The notes under the pieces were generated by a model. The model saw only the letters and a list, made by a program, of their open reading frames with translations. It was not told the DNA's origin and did no database searches. Shown one piece after another: positions 28,229 through 38,991 of a DNA stretch of 64,000 nucleotides (positions are counted from its first letter, which is position 1; the number at the start of each line of letters is the position of its first letter). This stretch comes from an uncultured bacterium. GTDB taxonomy: Bacteria; Patescibacteriota; Minisyncoccia; Moranbacterales; UBA2206. The stretch covers positions 145,192-209,191 of the forward strand of contig CAIKZD010000009.1 in the NCBI GenBank assembly GCA_903831805.1, written 5' to 3'. The translations under genes were made by a program, and so were the position numbers.

Positions 28229-29820
28229 CAACAGACAAAATAAGAAGATTTTTATCAGAAAATAAATGGGTAATCCTTGCCTCTGTATTTTTTATCGTAT
28301 GGAAATTTTTTCTAATAGGGATACTTTGGCAAGGCCGCATTGCCCCTCCAGAACCAGATGATTCTTACATATACACTGGATATATAAATTCCGTAGTGCA
28401 ATGCCCCACCTTCCTTTGCAACTATCCCTATATTAATTTTAATTCATATGAGGGTTTTACCTATCTTTCATATCGCATTATTTTTGGAGGAATTGCAAAA
28501 ATCGCACATTTAAATCCGATCCAGATGTTCCACATTAGTTTTTATATGGGGACTATATTGCTTCTCCCTATCTTGATTTTTCTGTTAACAAAATTCACAA
28601 AAAATAAATCCCTTATCGCCCTATCCATTTTTTTTCTCGCGCTTTTTCATGGGAGTGGGTCCTATCATGGTTTTTATTGGGTTGTTCCAAGTTTTTTTGC
28701 TACAGCTCTTTTTTTCCTAATATTCTCTCTTATTTTTAGCAAGAATTATTATAGATATATATATCTCTTTATTCTTGTGCCCATCTACATCTTTATGCAC
28801 CCTATTTCAATATATACCATAGCAATATTCCCATTGTTTTTTATATTTTATAGCATATGCGAAAAAAATATAAACACAGCTATATTAAAAAATGTTTTTT
28901 TTATAATTTTTGTTTCTTTATTGACTTATATTCCTTTTTCGATATACGAAAGCCATGCCATCATTAGAAATCCACTCAGCATTGAGCAAACACTTTCCAC
29001 AACAACTACCACCATACAAAAAGAAGCAACAGGAGCCAATCAAAAAAAAATATCTCAACCAACTCTCTCCGCGCAAATTTTCCCTGGCATGGATGGCATC
29101 ATCACTAGCTATATCAAGTGGCTTTTCCCACATTGGATCGGAATGATACTTTTCATATTGTTTTTATCATTGATAATTTACCATAAAAACGTAAAGCTTC
29201 TTTCTCTATACTTTTCAACTTTACTTTTCGTATTTTTGTCTTCGCTAAATGAATTTGGCTATCGTTCGCTAGTATTGCTTTGGCCTATAACTTTTATCTT
29301 TTATGCATTCGGAACGTATTATTTATTCATATTTATTGATGATAAAATAAAAAATAGAAGATTAAGGGCGTTGATGTTCGTCCTCGTATCAATTGGAATT
29401 TTCCTCTTCGCAACTCTGAACATATTCTATTCCATTGCAATCAACAGAAATACTAATGCAAGAAACGATATCGCCTTAAATGAAACCTTTACCACATATT
29501 TATTTAATCACACTGACAAAACAAGCGAAATATCATATAGCGAAAAATTGCTGAGTTCATACAGTCTAAACACACAATTATTATCTAGAGGTTACGCCAA
29601 CACCATCCCAGACGCAACTTATTATGTTCAACTTAAAAATACAAATCCAGAAATTTATGAATCACAAGATTTGAGTAACTTTTTCAATTTTTTCTCTAAA
29701 TTACTTGGGGCATCAAGGACTAAACCTACAAACAAAACTCAGGAGCAAAACATCCCAAACTTCATTCTCGAAAAAACATTTAATAACATCTCTATATACA
29801 AAAATTCTAAATATTTATGA
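28219..29820 (+). CDS. polytopic membrane protein, possible Wzy-like polymerase
   Basis: 533 aa, more than 10 TM helices, no soluble catalytic motif. Sits in a Wzx-containing cluster. Confidence 0.35.
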   Translation: MQITTDKIRRFLSENKWVILASVFFIVWKFFLIGILWQGRIAPPEPDDSYIYTGYINSVVQCPTFLCNYPYINFNSYEGFTYLSYRIIFGGIAKIAHLNPIQMFHISFYMGTILLLPILIFLLTKFTKNKSLIALSIFFLALFHGSGSYHGFYWVVPSFFATALFFLIFSLIFSKNYYRYIYLFILVPIYIFMHPISIYTIAIFPLFFIFYSICEKNINTAILKNVFFIIFVSLLTYIPFSIYESHAIIRNPLSIEQTLSTTTTTIQKEATGANQKKISQPTLSAQIFPGMDGIITSYIKWLFPHWIGMILFILFLSLIIYHKNVKLLSLYFSTLLFVFLSSLNEFGYRSLVLLWPITFIFYAFGTYYLFIFIDDKIKNRRLRALMFVLVSIGIFLFATLNIFYSIAINRNTNARNDIALNETFTTYLFNHTDKTSEISYSEKLLSSYSLNTQLLSRGYANTIPDATYYVQLKNTNPEIYESQDLSNFFNFFSKLLGASRTKPTNKTQEQNIPNFILEKTFNNISIYKNSKYL

Positions 29821-30632
29821 CGACAAAGGCCAATAACAATCCCACCACCTCCGTCATCATGACCGTTTTCAATCAAGAAAAACGCTTATTGAAAGCCGCC
29901 ATTGATAGTATTTTAAACCAGCAAGAAAGTGATTTAGAATTATTGATTGTTGATGATGGTTCAACTGAAATCGATTGTCTTGAAATATTGGACGTATATA
30001 AAAAAAATGATTCCAGGGTCAAAATCATTAGGAATAATAAAAACGAAGGTATCACTCACTCGCTAAATAAGGCAATCCTGCTAACAAAGGGTGTGTACAT
30101 CGCCAGAATGGACAGCGATGATATTTCACTACCGGATAGATTTGCGAAACAGCTATCCTACCTAAAAAAATACAACCTTGATTTAATAGGTTCGAATTGT
30201 TTCTTCATTGATATAAATGATAATATGATTGGGGGAAAAAATGTTACCGCCCCAAAATCATTTCAAAGAAAATTAATGTACGGCAATTTTTTCACGCATA
30301 GTACTTTTTTTGGTACACGCAAAATTTTTCTAGAAATGTACAATAAAAAATTCACACGATCACAAGACTATGAATTTCTCCTGAGGGTTGCTAGTAAAAA
30401 ATATAAACTGGGATATCTTCAAGATCAAGTTTTAAAATACAGATTTTCCGCCAAAAGCATCTCTTCGAAAAAAGCAAAGAGCCAAGAATGGTTTGCCATA
30501 AAGGCTCGTTGGTATGCCATAAGGTACTATAATTACAATCCATTTTATCTGCTATATTTGTTAAGGGCCCTTCTTATTTTTCTCGTACCATACAAGATGA
30601 AGGTTTTCATTATCAATAATATAATCCAATGA
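29817..30632 (+). CDS. GT2 glycosyltransferase
   Basis: SVIMTVFNQEKRL...VDDGSTE. Confidence 0.75.
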   Translation: MTTKANNNPTTSVIMTVFNQEKRLLKAAIDSILNQQESDLELLIVDDGSTEIDCLEILDVYKKNDSRVKIIRNNKNEGITHSLNKAILLTKGVYIARMDSDDISLPDRFAKQLSYLKKYNLDLIGSNCFFIDINDNMIGGKNVTAPKSFQRKLMYGNFFTHSTFFGTRKIFLEMYNKKFTRSQDYEFLLRVASKKYKLGYLQDQVLKYRFSAKSISSKKAKSQEWFAIKARWYAIRYYNYNPFYLLYLLRALLIFLVPYKMKVFIINNIIQ

Positions 30633-31726
30633 AAATTTTAACCTTGTTTTTCACATATGGGACATCTCTTGAAGACTGGTCAAAAAACGGGAGTCTTGAC
30701 CGTGAGATAAACATTTACAAAAAATTTCTAAACTATTTTGACAAAATATATTTCATAACCTATGGAATGAATGATTTGAGATATGCAAGCAAACTACCTG
30801 AAAACATAATCATTCTGCCAAAAAAAATAGCTACCAATAATTTTCTCTATTCCCTATTGATCCCTATCCTATACAGAAAAGAGATCACTGAATCGACTTG
30901 GCTGAAAACAAATCAGATGCTCGGGAGTTGGACAGCTGTTTTAGCAAAATTATTTTTCCGAAAAAAATTTGCCCTCCGAACCGGCTACACTGAAAGCCTC
31001 TCCGTTGTAGGAAAGAATTTCTTCAGAAAAAAACTCATAGCTTTTATAGAATTATTAGCCTACAAGTCCGCTAATTTCTCAATCGTCACCAGCATTCATC
31101 AAAAAGATTATGTTGCTAAGAAATACAATATTACTAATATACACGTTATTCCAAATGGCATAGACACAGAAATATTTAAGCCGCTTGAAAAGAAAGATGC
31201 GTCAACAAAAACAAAACTTCTTTTTGTCGGCCGACTTCACCCAGAAAAAAATCTCCTCAACCTCATCGCGGCCATCAAGGATTTAAAGAATACAAAATTA
31301 ACGATTATCGGTAAAGGAGAATTGAAAAACGACATTTTAGCACTTAAAGGTAAATTCTCGCTAGATCTGGAAATAATCGAAAGCGTTCCGAACTCCGAAC
31401 TTCCTAAGATATATAATGACGCTGACATCTATATACAGCCATCATTATATGAAGGCAATCCCAAAACCATATTAGAAGCAATGAGTTGCGGACTCCCTGT
31501 TATTGCAACAGACGTGAGTGGCATAAATACCATAATCAACCACAAAAAAAATGGCTACTTATGCAAAATAGATACGCCTTCAATAATAAATGCGATATTA
31601 GAGGTTGTTAATAATATTGCATTAAGAAAATCCATTGGGATAGCGGCTAGGAAATATATAGAAAATAATTACGCCATTGACCAAATTATTAATAATGAAA
31701 TAAATTCATACAAAAAATATTTATGA
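30629..31726 (+). CDS. GT4 glycosyltransferase
   Basis: EGNPKTILEAMSCGLPVIATDVSG. Confidence 0.8.
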   Translation: MKILTLFFTYGTSLEDWSKNGSLDREINIYKKFLNYFDKIYFITYGMNDLRYASKLPENIIILPKKIATNNFLYSLLIPILYRKEITESTWLKTNQMLGSWTAVLAKLFFRKKFALRTGYTESLSVVGKNFFRKKLIAFIELLAYKSANFSIVTSIHQKDYVAKKYNITNIHVIPNGIDTEIFKPLEKKDASTKTKLLFVGRLHPEKNLLNLIAAIKDLKNTKLTIIGKGELKNDILALKGKFSLDLEIIESVPNSELPKIYNDADIYIQPSLYEGNPKTILEAMSCGLPVIATDVSGINTIINHKKNGYLCKIDTPSIINAILEVVNNIALRKSIGIAARKYIENNYAIDQIINNEINSYKKYL

Positions 31727-32526
31727 AATATTTTGATAAAAAAAATAACCGTCTAGTTTTTGAAAATGTCAAAGCCTCTGCTGAGTTTTGGGATGTTCAT
31801 TGGAACGTTGCTGATTTCAAAAATTCGATATTATCAGGAAAGAATGATCGATTCGTTTCGAAATATACAAAAAAATACATCCCACCAAATAGATCTAAAA
31901 AAATACTCGAGGGTGGCTGCGGGAAGGGAAATTTTGTTTATTCTCTTTATCACCAAGGGTACGACGCGTACGGAATAGATTATGCTGAGGAAACAATTAA
32001 AAAAATAAATGGAAGTCTTCCAGATCTTAAAATTTCATATGGGGACGTCCGGAATATTTCTTATCCGGATGATTTTTTTGACGGGTATTGGTCTCTAGGT
32101 GTAATAGAACATTTTTTTGAAGGGTATGATAAAATAATAGATGAAGCGTCCAGAATCATAAAAAAGGACGGTTTATTTTTTGTCACCTTCCCAAATCTAT
32201 CGCCCCTGAGAAAATTAAAAGCCTTTTTCAGTTGCTACCCAAAATTCAATGAAGAAACATTCAATCAAGAACTTTTTTACCAATTTGCGCTAGACAGCAA
32301 ATCCGTACAGCAAGCCATGGAAAAAAGAGGGTTTTCATTAGTATTCAGAAAACCATTCGATGGAACAAAGGGACTCAAGGATGAAATTTCCTTCCTAAAG
32401 CCCCTGCTTCAAAAAGTATATGGCAGCAAAAATATTATCTGCAGAATAATTTCGTACGCAATTTCTATGATTTCCTCATTTTTTGCAGGACATGCTATAT
32501 TACTAATTTTTAAAAAGAACGACTAA
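31723..32526 (+). CDS. class I SAM-dependent methyltransferase
   Basis: ILEGGCGKGNF glycine-rich motif I. Methyltransf_11-like layout. Confidence 0.65.
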   Translation: MKYFDKKNNRLVFENVKASAEFWDVHWNVADFKNSILSGKNDRFVSKYTKKYIPPNRSKKILEGGCGKGNFVYSLYHQGYDAYGIDYAEETIKKINGSLPDLKISYGDVRNISYPDDFFDGYWSLGVIEHFFEGYDKIIDEASRIIKKDGLFFVTFPNLSPLRKLKAFFSCYPKFNEETFNQELFYQFALDSKSVQQAMEKRGFSLVFRKPFDGTKGLKDEISFLKPLLQKVYGSKNIICRIISYAISMISSFFAGHAILLIFKKND

Positions 32527-32543
32527 ATTCTTCAATCAGTTTC

Positions 32544-32572
32544 TTGACCGAGGCTATTTTACCAAGTATTAT
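32544..32572 (+). promoter_or_regulatory. sigma70-like promoter TTGACC-N17-TATTAT
   Basis: Sits 94 nt upstream of the ATG at 32666, in the only sizeable gap of the glycan operon. Confidence 0.4.
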
Positions 32573-32665
32573 AAAGAAGTATTTGAAGAAAATACAGTGA
32601 AATAATCAAGAATGGATGGTATTCTTTCTTTAAACTTAGTAAACCATGTGCTGTTATAAAAAATT

Positions 32666-33727
32666 ATGAAAACTAAATTTATTTATCTCCTAGATATCAT
32701 CTTAAATGTTTTTTTTAGTAAAAAATACCAGCTTATATACATAGTTGAATCTGCTGATTGGTCAATCAGATGGGATGGAAAATATATAACTAAAAATATC
32801 AATGAATCGACCCCGATTAAGTCAAGAATTTCTACGACTAGCATAGGCCTAAGAAAAAAAATTATTCATTTTGGATCGGTAAACACATTCATATCTGAAA
32901 ATGGCATCAAGAATATACATAAATCAAATAAGATCGTATTGACATGGTTTCATGTTAGTCCTAATGACCCCAGGGTTAAATTTATTCCTGAGTTAAATAA
33001 AAAGATTGATATCGCCCACACTTCTTGCACAACAACAAAAGCCAAGTTAATTAACTTTGGATTGAGCGAAGAAAAAATAACAGTTGTACCACTGGGCGTA
33101 GATTTGGATCTTTTTAAGCCCGCTATTGATAATGATGCTAGGAAGAAAGTAAGAAAAGAACATAATATACCGGAAAATAAAATATTAATTGGGTCATTTC
33201 AAAAAGATGGTGTGGGATGGAGCGATGGGAATGTGCCGAAGTTGATAAAGGGACCAGATATCTTTTGTGATGTAATAGAAAAAATTGCAACCAAATTTCC
33301 ACTACATATTCTGTTAACTGGACCAGCGAGAGGATATGTTATCAATAGACTAGATAAAGCTAACATCGCATTTAATCATATATTTTTTAAAAAATACACT
33401 GATATTGTTCATTTTTATCAAATTTTAGATTATTATTTAATATGCTCCAGGGAAGAGGGTGGACCAAAAGCACTCTTAGAATCAATGGCTTGCGGAATTC
33501 CCGTGATATCAACGCCTGTCGGCATGGTTCCTGATGTGGTAATTAATGGCTTTAACGGATATGTGGTGGGAAATGATGATATTGAAAATAAAATAATAGA
33601 TATTATTGAAAATAACAATAATCAAAAAGTTATTGAAAATGCCTTTGGCGATATTAAGCAATATGACTGGAAAATTATCGCGAAACGCTATTATACCGAA
33701 TTGTATGAAAAAATATTATCATCATAA
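32666..33727 (+). CDS. GT4 glycosyltransferase
   Basis: EEGGPKALLESMACGIPVISTPVG. Confidence 0.75.
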   Translation: MKTKFIYLLDIILNVFFSKKYQLIYIVESADWSIRWDGKYITKNINESTPIKSRISTTSIGLRKKIIHFGSVNTFISENGIKNIHKSNKIVLTWFHVSPNDPRVKFIPELNKKIDIAHTSCTTTKAKLINFGLSEEKITVVPLGVDLDLFKPAIDNDARKKVRKEHNIPENKILIGSFQKDGVGWSDGNVPKLIKGPDIFCDVIEKIATKFPLHILLTGPARGYVINRLDKANIAFNHIFFKKYTDIVHFYQILDYYLICSREEGGPKALLESMACGIPVISTPVGMVPDVVINGFNGYVVGNDDIENKIIDIIENNNNQKVIENAFGDIKQYDWKIIAKRYYTELYEKILSS

Positions 33728-33741
33728 AAGCATTTAAAAAC

Positions 33742-34707
33742 ATGAATGAAAACAAATTAGTTTTACGCATAAATGAATTGTTCCATGATTTGGAGCAGAC
33801 AGATTATGACAAGAAGCATAAAGATATTTTTGTGGGAGAAGTAGGGCGATGGAAAAATGCAAGCGCCTTTCTCTTGGAAAATAACAGGAATCCAGTCACA
33901 ATCCTAGACATCGGATCTGGAACGGGGTTTGTGCCTATGCAAATATGCGGAAAGATGAGCGAGCGAGATACTTTCATCTGTTCTGACATATCCGAAAAAA
34001 TGTTAAGTGTTTGCAAGAAAAAAATTGCGGAACATAACTTCAACTGTAACTTCAGCTTTGTAAAATCGGATGGTTTTTCATTAAATTTACAAGATGGATC
34101 TGTAAATGTTATAACGATCAACTCAGTTCTTCATCATATTCCAGATTTCAATACATTCTTCAAAGAAATAAGCAGGATTTTGAAAGTAAACGGTCTTCTT
34201 ATCATTGGACACGAACCAAATTCCCTATTCTATAGGGATAAGTTCCTTTGGTATAATTATAGATTTTTTTTCTTTATGATGAATCCTGCTCAAATAATTC
34301 TAGCTATAACAAAAAAAATTGGGTTATTTGAGATAGCTAGTCATATTTTTCACAAGGTTCACAGAGATAAATCTGATAACCAAAAAATTATATCAAGAAT
34401 AAATGAACAGTTGATAAATGAGCGCCTCATTCAAAAACCACTTTCATATGGCAGGATTATGGAGCTGATTGATGTCCAATCCCCCACGGCTGGCAAGATA
34501 CGTAAAGATAAAAAAGGTATTGATATCTCATCTATATTAGCAAACCATTTGAGCAATTTTAAAATTGAAAAAATTGAAACTTACAATCACCTACCGAGAT
34601 TAAACACAAATGGATTTTTTATGAAAAAATATTCTGAATTATTAAGCAATACTTTTCCCCAAAAAGGTGCGACCTTTTTTGTTATTTTTAAAAAATATGA
34701 ACAGTGA
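33742..34707 (+). CDS. class I SAM-dependent methyltransferase
   Basis: ILDIGSGTGF motif I. Confidence 0.65.
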   Translation: MNENKLVLRINELFHDLEQTDYDKKHKDIFVGEVGRWKNASAFLLENNRNPVTILDIGSGTGFVPMQICGKMSERDTFICSDISEKMLSVCKKKIAEHNFNCNFSFVKSDGFSLNLQDGSVNVITINSVLHHIPDFNTFFKEISRILKVNGLLIIGHEPNSLFYRDKFLWYNYRFFFFMMNPAQIILAITKKIGLFEIASHIFHKVHRDKSDNQKIISRINEQLINERLIQKPLSYGRIMELIDVQSPTAGKIRKDKKGIDISSILANHLSNFKIEKIETYNHLPRLNTNGFFMKKYSELLSNTFPQKGATFFVIFKKYEQ

Positions 34708-35704
34708 GATGAAAATTAATATTTTGTTAGAACTCAAAGAGGGAGCTTGGGGAGGAGCAAACCAATATTTAAAATTGCTCAAAAAAGAATTATCCAATAG
34801 AGGCATATACGAAGAAAATGCCAATAGAGCAGATGTGATAATATTCAATAGCTACCACAATATCACAAAGGCAATCTTAATGAAAATCCTATTTCCCAAG
34901 AAAGTTTTAGTACACAGACTTGGTCCGTATTTTTATTTACACAGAAATCCAAAATGGAAAATTATTGACTCATTGATTATTGAAATTTCAAATTCGATTT
35001 CAGATTTAATAGTTTTTCAATCAGACTGGTCATACCGAAAAGCAATTTCTAAGTTTGATTTAAATAAAAGCAAAAAGTGTTCGATTATAGGAAACTCTTC
35101 GGATAGAAATATTTTTTATCCAAAAGATAATACTCACATGGAAGGAAAAATTAAATTAATCACAGCCAGCTGGTCTTCCAACATTAAAAAAGGCGCTAAA
35201 TATTATGAGTTTTTGGATAATAATTTAGATTTCTCTAAATATGATATGACTTTTGTAGGAAATTCGAAAATTAAATTCAAAAACATAAAGATAATCGATC
35301 CATTACCAAGCAACAAACTTGCTGATGAAATGAGAAAAAATGATATTTTTATATCAGCAGTGGAAGATGATGCCTGCTCAAATACCATAGTTGAAGCACT
35401 TTCTTGCGGCTTGCCACTGGTGGCATTGGCAAGTGGTGGAAATGCAGAAATCATTAAAAAGGGCGGAGAATTATTCAGCACTAACCATGAGATGCTTGAA
35501 AAAATTGAATTGGTAAAAAATAATTATTTACATTATAAGAATAATATTGAAGTAAATTCGATAGAAAATTCAGCTGATCAATATTTGAATTCAATCAAGG
35601 AAGTGCGCGTCCAGGGTAGAGGTGGCGTAATTAAAAAATTCAAGCTATGCTATTTATATGTAAAAACTTGTCTAATATTACTCCTATTCAAAATAATCAG
35701 ATGA
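34667..35704 (+). CDS. GT4-like (GT-B) glycosyltransferase
   Basis: EDDACSNTIVEALSCGLPLVALASGG. The true start may be an internal ATG (34697 or 34709), since the track ORF overlaps the upstream gene. Confidence 0.6.
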   Translation: MRPFLLFLKNMNSEMKINILLELKEGAWGGANQYLKLLKKELSNRGIYEENANRADVIIFNSYHNITKAILMKILFPKKVLVHRLGPYFYLHRNPKWKIIDSLIIEISNSISDLIVFQSDWSYRKAISKFDLNKSKKCSIIGNSSDRNIFYPKDNTHMEGKIKLITASWSSNIKKGAKYYEFLDNNLDFSKYDMTFVGNSKIKFKNIKIIDPLPSNKLADEMRKNDIFISAVEDDACSNTIVEALSCGLPLVALASGGNAEIIKKGGELFSTNHEMLEKIELVKNNYLHYKNNIEVNSIENSADQYLNSIKEVRVQGRGGVIKKFKLCYLYVKTCLILLLFKIIR

Positions 35705-36459
35705 TCATTCGAATTGATGACATAGGCGCATCAACAAAAAAATTCAATCAGCACGGAAAAAAACTCTTTAAATGGAAAGATTTTCCTGTATTTTACTTTC
35801 CATTAGCTAATTTTTGGTTTTTTAAAAGAATATGGCCATTTAAAGAGTGGGCACCTTATGGTGAACTCACAAAGGGAGAATGGGAAGTTTTATTAAAAAT
35901 ATTCAAAGAGAGCAATATGAAACCCATTATCGCCATAACCGCCTGCTGGGTTGATGAAAAAAATAATCTAATCCCCTTCCCTGAAAAATTTCCAGAAGAA
36001 GCTGACATCTTAAAAAGGGCTTTTAAGAATGATGAAATAATTATTGCTAATCATGGTCTAACTCACTGTGTCGTCGGTAAACATCTGCCAAATTTTTGGA
36101 AATCAAATAGACAATTCCATCGTGAATTCTGGCCATACCTTGACGAAAAAATTCATAATGAGCATATTATGAAATCACAAGAGATTTTAGAGAAATATTT
36201 CGAAAAGCCGATTGAAGTGTTTGTTCCACCTGGAAATGTTTGGAGCAAAAAAACTTATGAAGCCCTCAAAGAAACAAACATCAAGAAAGTTATGTCAAAA
36301 AATTATATGTTGGACTCAAATGAAAAAATGGAAACTATTGATTTTATTGATGATAAAAAGGATTTTTTCAATCTCCATGATATGGAGCTAAAAGTATATG
36401 GACCAAAGTGGCTCAAGGAAAAAATAGCTATATTAATTCAAAAAGACAATAATCAATAA
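35701..36459 (+). CDS. polysaccharide deacetylase-like protein (DUF2334/NodB-like), tentative
   Basis: MIIRIDDIGAS start (ATGA overlap with the upstream stop). Conserved His/Asp positions compatible with the CE4 fold. Weak call. Confidence 0.4.
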   Translation: MIIRIDDIGASTKKFNQHGKKLFKWKDFPVFYFPLANFWFFKRIWPFKEWAPYGELTKGEWEVLLKIFKESNMKPIIAITACWVDEKNNLIPFPEKFPEEADILKRAFKNDEIIIANHGLTHCVVGKHLPNFWKSNRQFHREFWPYLDEKIHNEHIMKSQEILEKYFEKPIEVFVPPGNVWSKKTYEALKETNIKKVMSKNYMLDSNEKMETIDFIDDKKDFFNLHDMELKVYGPKWLKEKIAILIQKDNNQ

Positions 36460-36464
36460 ACTGG

Positions 36465-37133
36465 ATGAAAATTATTAAGGACATACAATATTACTACTGG
36501 GCAAGCTTCAGAAGAAAGCTACTAGATGAATATCAAGAGACATACAAATCCACTTATAAAGGTGTCGTTTTGGATATAGGAGGCAGGGATCGTGGAAAAT
36601 TTGAAAAACCAAAAAATGCAGTGACCAAATGGATTTTTGCTGATATTTCGCCCGACAACAAACCCGACATCGTTTTAGATATAACAAAAATGAATATGAT
36701 AGAAAATAACAGTATTGATGTGATATCAGCTATGGAGGTTTTTGAATATGTAGAAAGAATTGGTGATGCGCTAGCAGAGTGTCATAGAGTTTTAAAAAAG
36801 AATGGAAAAATAATCCTCTCCATCCCCTTTTTGCATCCGATAGCCGACGATCCGTGCGATTTGCAAAGATGGACAAAGTCTATGTGGAAAAAACAACTAG
36901 TCAAAGCTGGTTTCGAAATAGAAATAATCCATGAAATGGGATATTTTTTCACAGTATTGGCTGAATTAATAAAGTTAGGAAATAAATCCTTTAAATATGG
37001 CAAGTATTTAGGCTATCCATTCTATCCAGTACTTTCGATTATGGCAAAATTAGATAAGCTAAATATAATTAAGAAAAATAAATCACTAAAATTATTTACG
37101 ACCGGATATTTTATGATAGCAAAGAATAGCTAA
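36465..37133 (+). CDS. class I SAM-dependent methyltransferase
   Basis: VVLDIGGRDRG motif I, LKKNGKIILSIPF. Confidence 0.65.
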   Translation: MKIIKDIQYYYWASFRRKLLDEYQETYKSTYKGVVLDIGGRDRGKFEKPKNAVTKWIFADISPDNKPDIVLDITKMNMIENNSIDVISAMEVFEYVERIGDALAECHRVLKKNGKIILSIPFLHPIADDPCDLQRWTKSMWKKQLVKAGFEIEIIHEMGYFFTVLAELIKLGNKSFKYGKYLGYPFYPVLSIMAKLDKLNIIKKNKSLKLFTTGYFMIAKNS

Positions 37134-37167
37134 ATCATTGATTCTAAATACTTAAACTATACGTAAA

Positions 37168-38322
37168 ATGAAAAAAATAATTAAAAAACAAGCCTCCATA
37201 AAACCATTCCCTAATCCAATCTATGTAACTAGGCCATTGATGCCAAACATTAATGATTTTTATAAAAAAATTAGTGATATTTTTGATGCAAAGTGGCTAA
37301 CAAACTCCGGAAATCAGCATGCAGAATTTAAGAAATGTTTATTGAAATTTTTAAACGCCAAAAATATTAATTTATTCTGCAACGGAACACTTGCACTAGA
37401 TATAGCAATAAAGGCGCTAGACATTAAAGGCGAAGTTATAACAACCCCATTCACGTTTGCAGCAACTCCGCATGTTTTATCTTTGAATAATATCAGACCT
37501 GTATTTTGTGATATAGATGAAAAAACATTAAACATCGACGTTGAAAAAATTGAAGCGCTCATAACGCCAAAAACATCTGCCATTTTAGCAGTTCATGTTT
37601 TTGGAAATCCGTGCGATATAGAAAAACTAGACAAAATATGTAAAAAATATAAGTTAAAATTAATTTTTGATGCTGCTCACGCTTTTGGGGTGAAAATCAA
37701 TGAAAAATCAATTGGTAGTTTTGGTGATATAAGCATGTTTAGCTTTCACGCAACTAAAGCCTTCAATTCTATTGAAGGAGGATGCTTGATGTACAATGAT
37801 TCCCAACTAAATGAAAAGATACAACTTTTAAAAAATTTCGGCATAAAAAATGAGAACGAAATTGCCATGATAGGCACTAATGCAAAACTAAACGAATTAC
37901 AGGCAGCATTTGGTATATTAAATTTAAAAATATTCCCGAAGGAAATAGAGAAAAGGCAAAAAATAGCTCGTCTGTACAGAAAAATATCAGAGAAAACAAA
38001 GGGAATAAAGGTTATGCAGGATATTAAAAATGTAAAACACAACTATTCGTATTTTCCAATTTTAATAAACAAAGAGGAGTTTGGCATATCAAGAGATGAT
38101 CTTTATTTGAAATTAAAAAAATATAATATTTTCTCTAGAAAATATTTCTATCCACTGTGTAGTAACTTTTCATGTTACGCAAAAAATAATAAGCCTGCTG
38201 ACCTGCCTATTGCAAATAAAATAGCAGATTCAGTACTGTGCCTGCCCATACATGGTGACTTAAAAACAAGCGACGTCGAAAAAATATGTAAAATAATAAC
38301 TATAATAAAAAATGAAAAATAG
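37168..38322 (+). CDS. DegT/DnrJ/EryC1/StrS-family PLP-dependent sugar aminotransferase
   Basis: 384 aa. SFHATKAF PLP-lysine motif. Whole-length architecture of PglE/WecE/ArnB-type enzymes. Confidence 0.8.
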   Translation: MKKIIKKQASIKPFPNPIYVTRPLMPNINDFYKKISDIFDAKWLTNSGNQHAEFKKCLLKFLNAKNINLFCNGTLALDIAIKALDIKGEVITTPFTFAATPHVLSLNNIRPVFCDIDEKTLNIDVEKIEALITPKTSAILAVHVFGNPCDIEKLDKICKKYKLKLIFDAAHAFGVKINEKSIGSFGDISMFSFHATKAFNSIEGGCLMYNDSQLNEKIQLLKNFGIKNENEIAMIGTNAKLNELQAAFGILNLKIFPKEIEKRQKIARLYRKISEKTKGIKVMQDIKNVKHNYSYFPILINKEEFGISRDDLYLKLKKYNIFSRKYFYPLCSNFSCYAKNNKPADLPIANKIADSVLCLPIHGDLKTSDVEKICKIITIIKNEK

Positions 38323-38977
38323 TTTTAAAAATATATACATTTTGGGCGCTGGAAGCATGGCAAGGGAAGTGCTGGAAATTTATCGAGATTTAAATAAAGC
38401 CTCTGCAGTCAGTGGATTTTTGGAGGAAAATTCAACGCGAGAGAACCAATACATCAAGGAAATTCCAATACTCAACACATCGAAAAAAGATGCGCTAATC
38501 AATGACAATATCTTCATAGGAGCAATAGGATCACCAAAAAGAAAAATTATAATAAAAAAAATAAAAGAGAATGGCGCTAAATTTGATACACTAATCCATC
38601 CCTCAGTTTTAATTGGAAATGATGCAAAAATTCACGAAGGGGTTATTATATGCGCTGGAAGCATATTGACGTGCAACATTGAAATAAATAGCCATTCAAT
38701 AATAAATATAGGGTGCACCATAAGTCACGATGTAAAAATAGGAGAATTTGCAACCATAGCCCCGGGGGTAAATATAGGTGGTAATGTAACCATTGGAAAT
38801 AATAGTTGGATAGGCATTGGAACTAAAATAATTCATGGCGTACGAATTGGCAATAATGTTTTCTTAGGAGCCGGATCGGTTGTTGTCAATGATATTCCGG
38901 ACAATTCGTTAGCCTATGGCGTTCCCGCTAAGGTAGTGAGAAAATTAACAAAAGATGATTGGGATAATTTAATATAA
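38312..38977 (+). CDS. hexapeptide-repeat sugar N-acetyltransferase (PglD/NeuD-like)
   Basis: YILGAGSMAREV N-terminus typical of NeuD/PglD, followed by left-handed beta-helix hexapeptide repeats. 11-nt overlap with the aminotransferase gene. Confidence 0.7.
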   Translation: MKNSFKNIYILGAGSMAREVLEIYRDLNKASAVSGFLEENSTRENQYIKEIPILNTSKKDALINDNIFIGAIGSPKRKIIIKKIKENGAKFDTLIHPSVLIGNDAKIHEGVIICAGSILTCNIEINSHSIINIGCTISHDVKIGEFATIAPGVNIGGNVTIGNNSWIGIGTKIIHGVRIGNNVFLGAGSVVVNDIPDNSLAYGVPAKVVRKLTKDDWDNLI

Positions 38978-38991
38978 ATAACATAAAAGCA

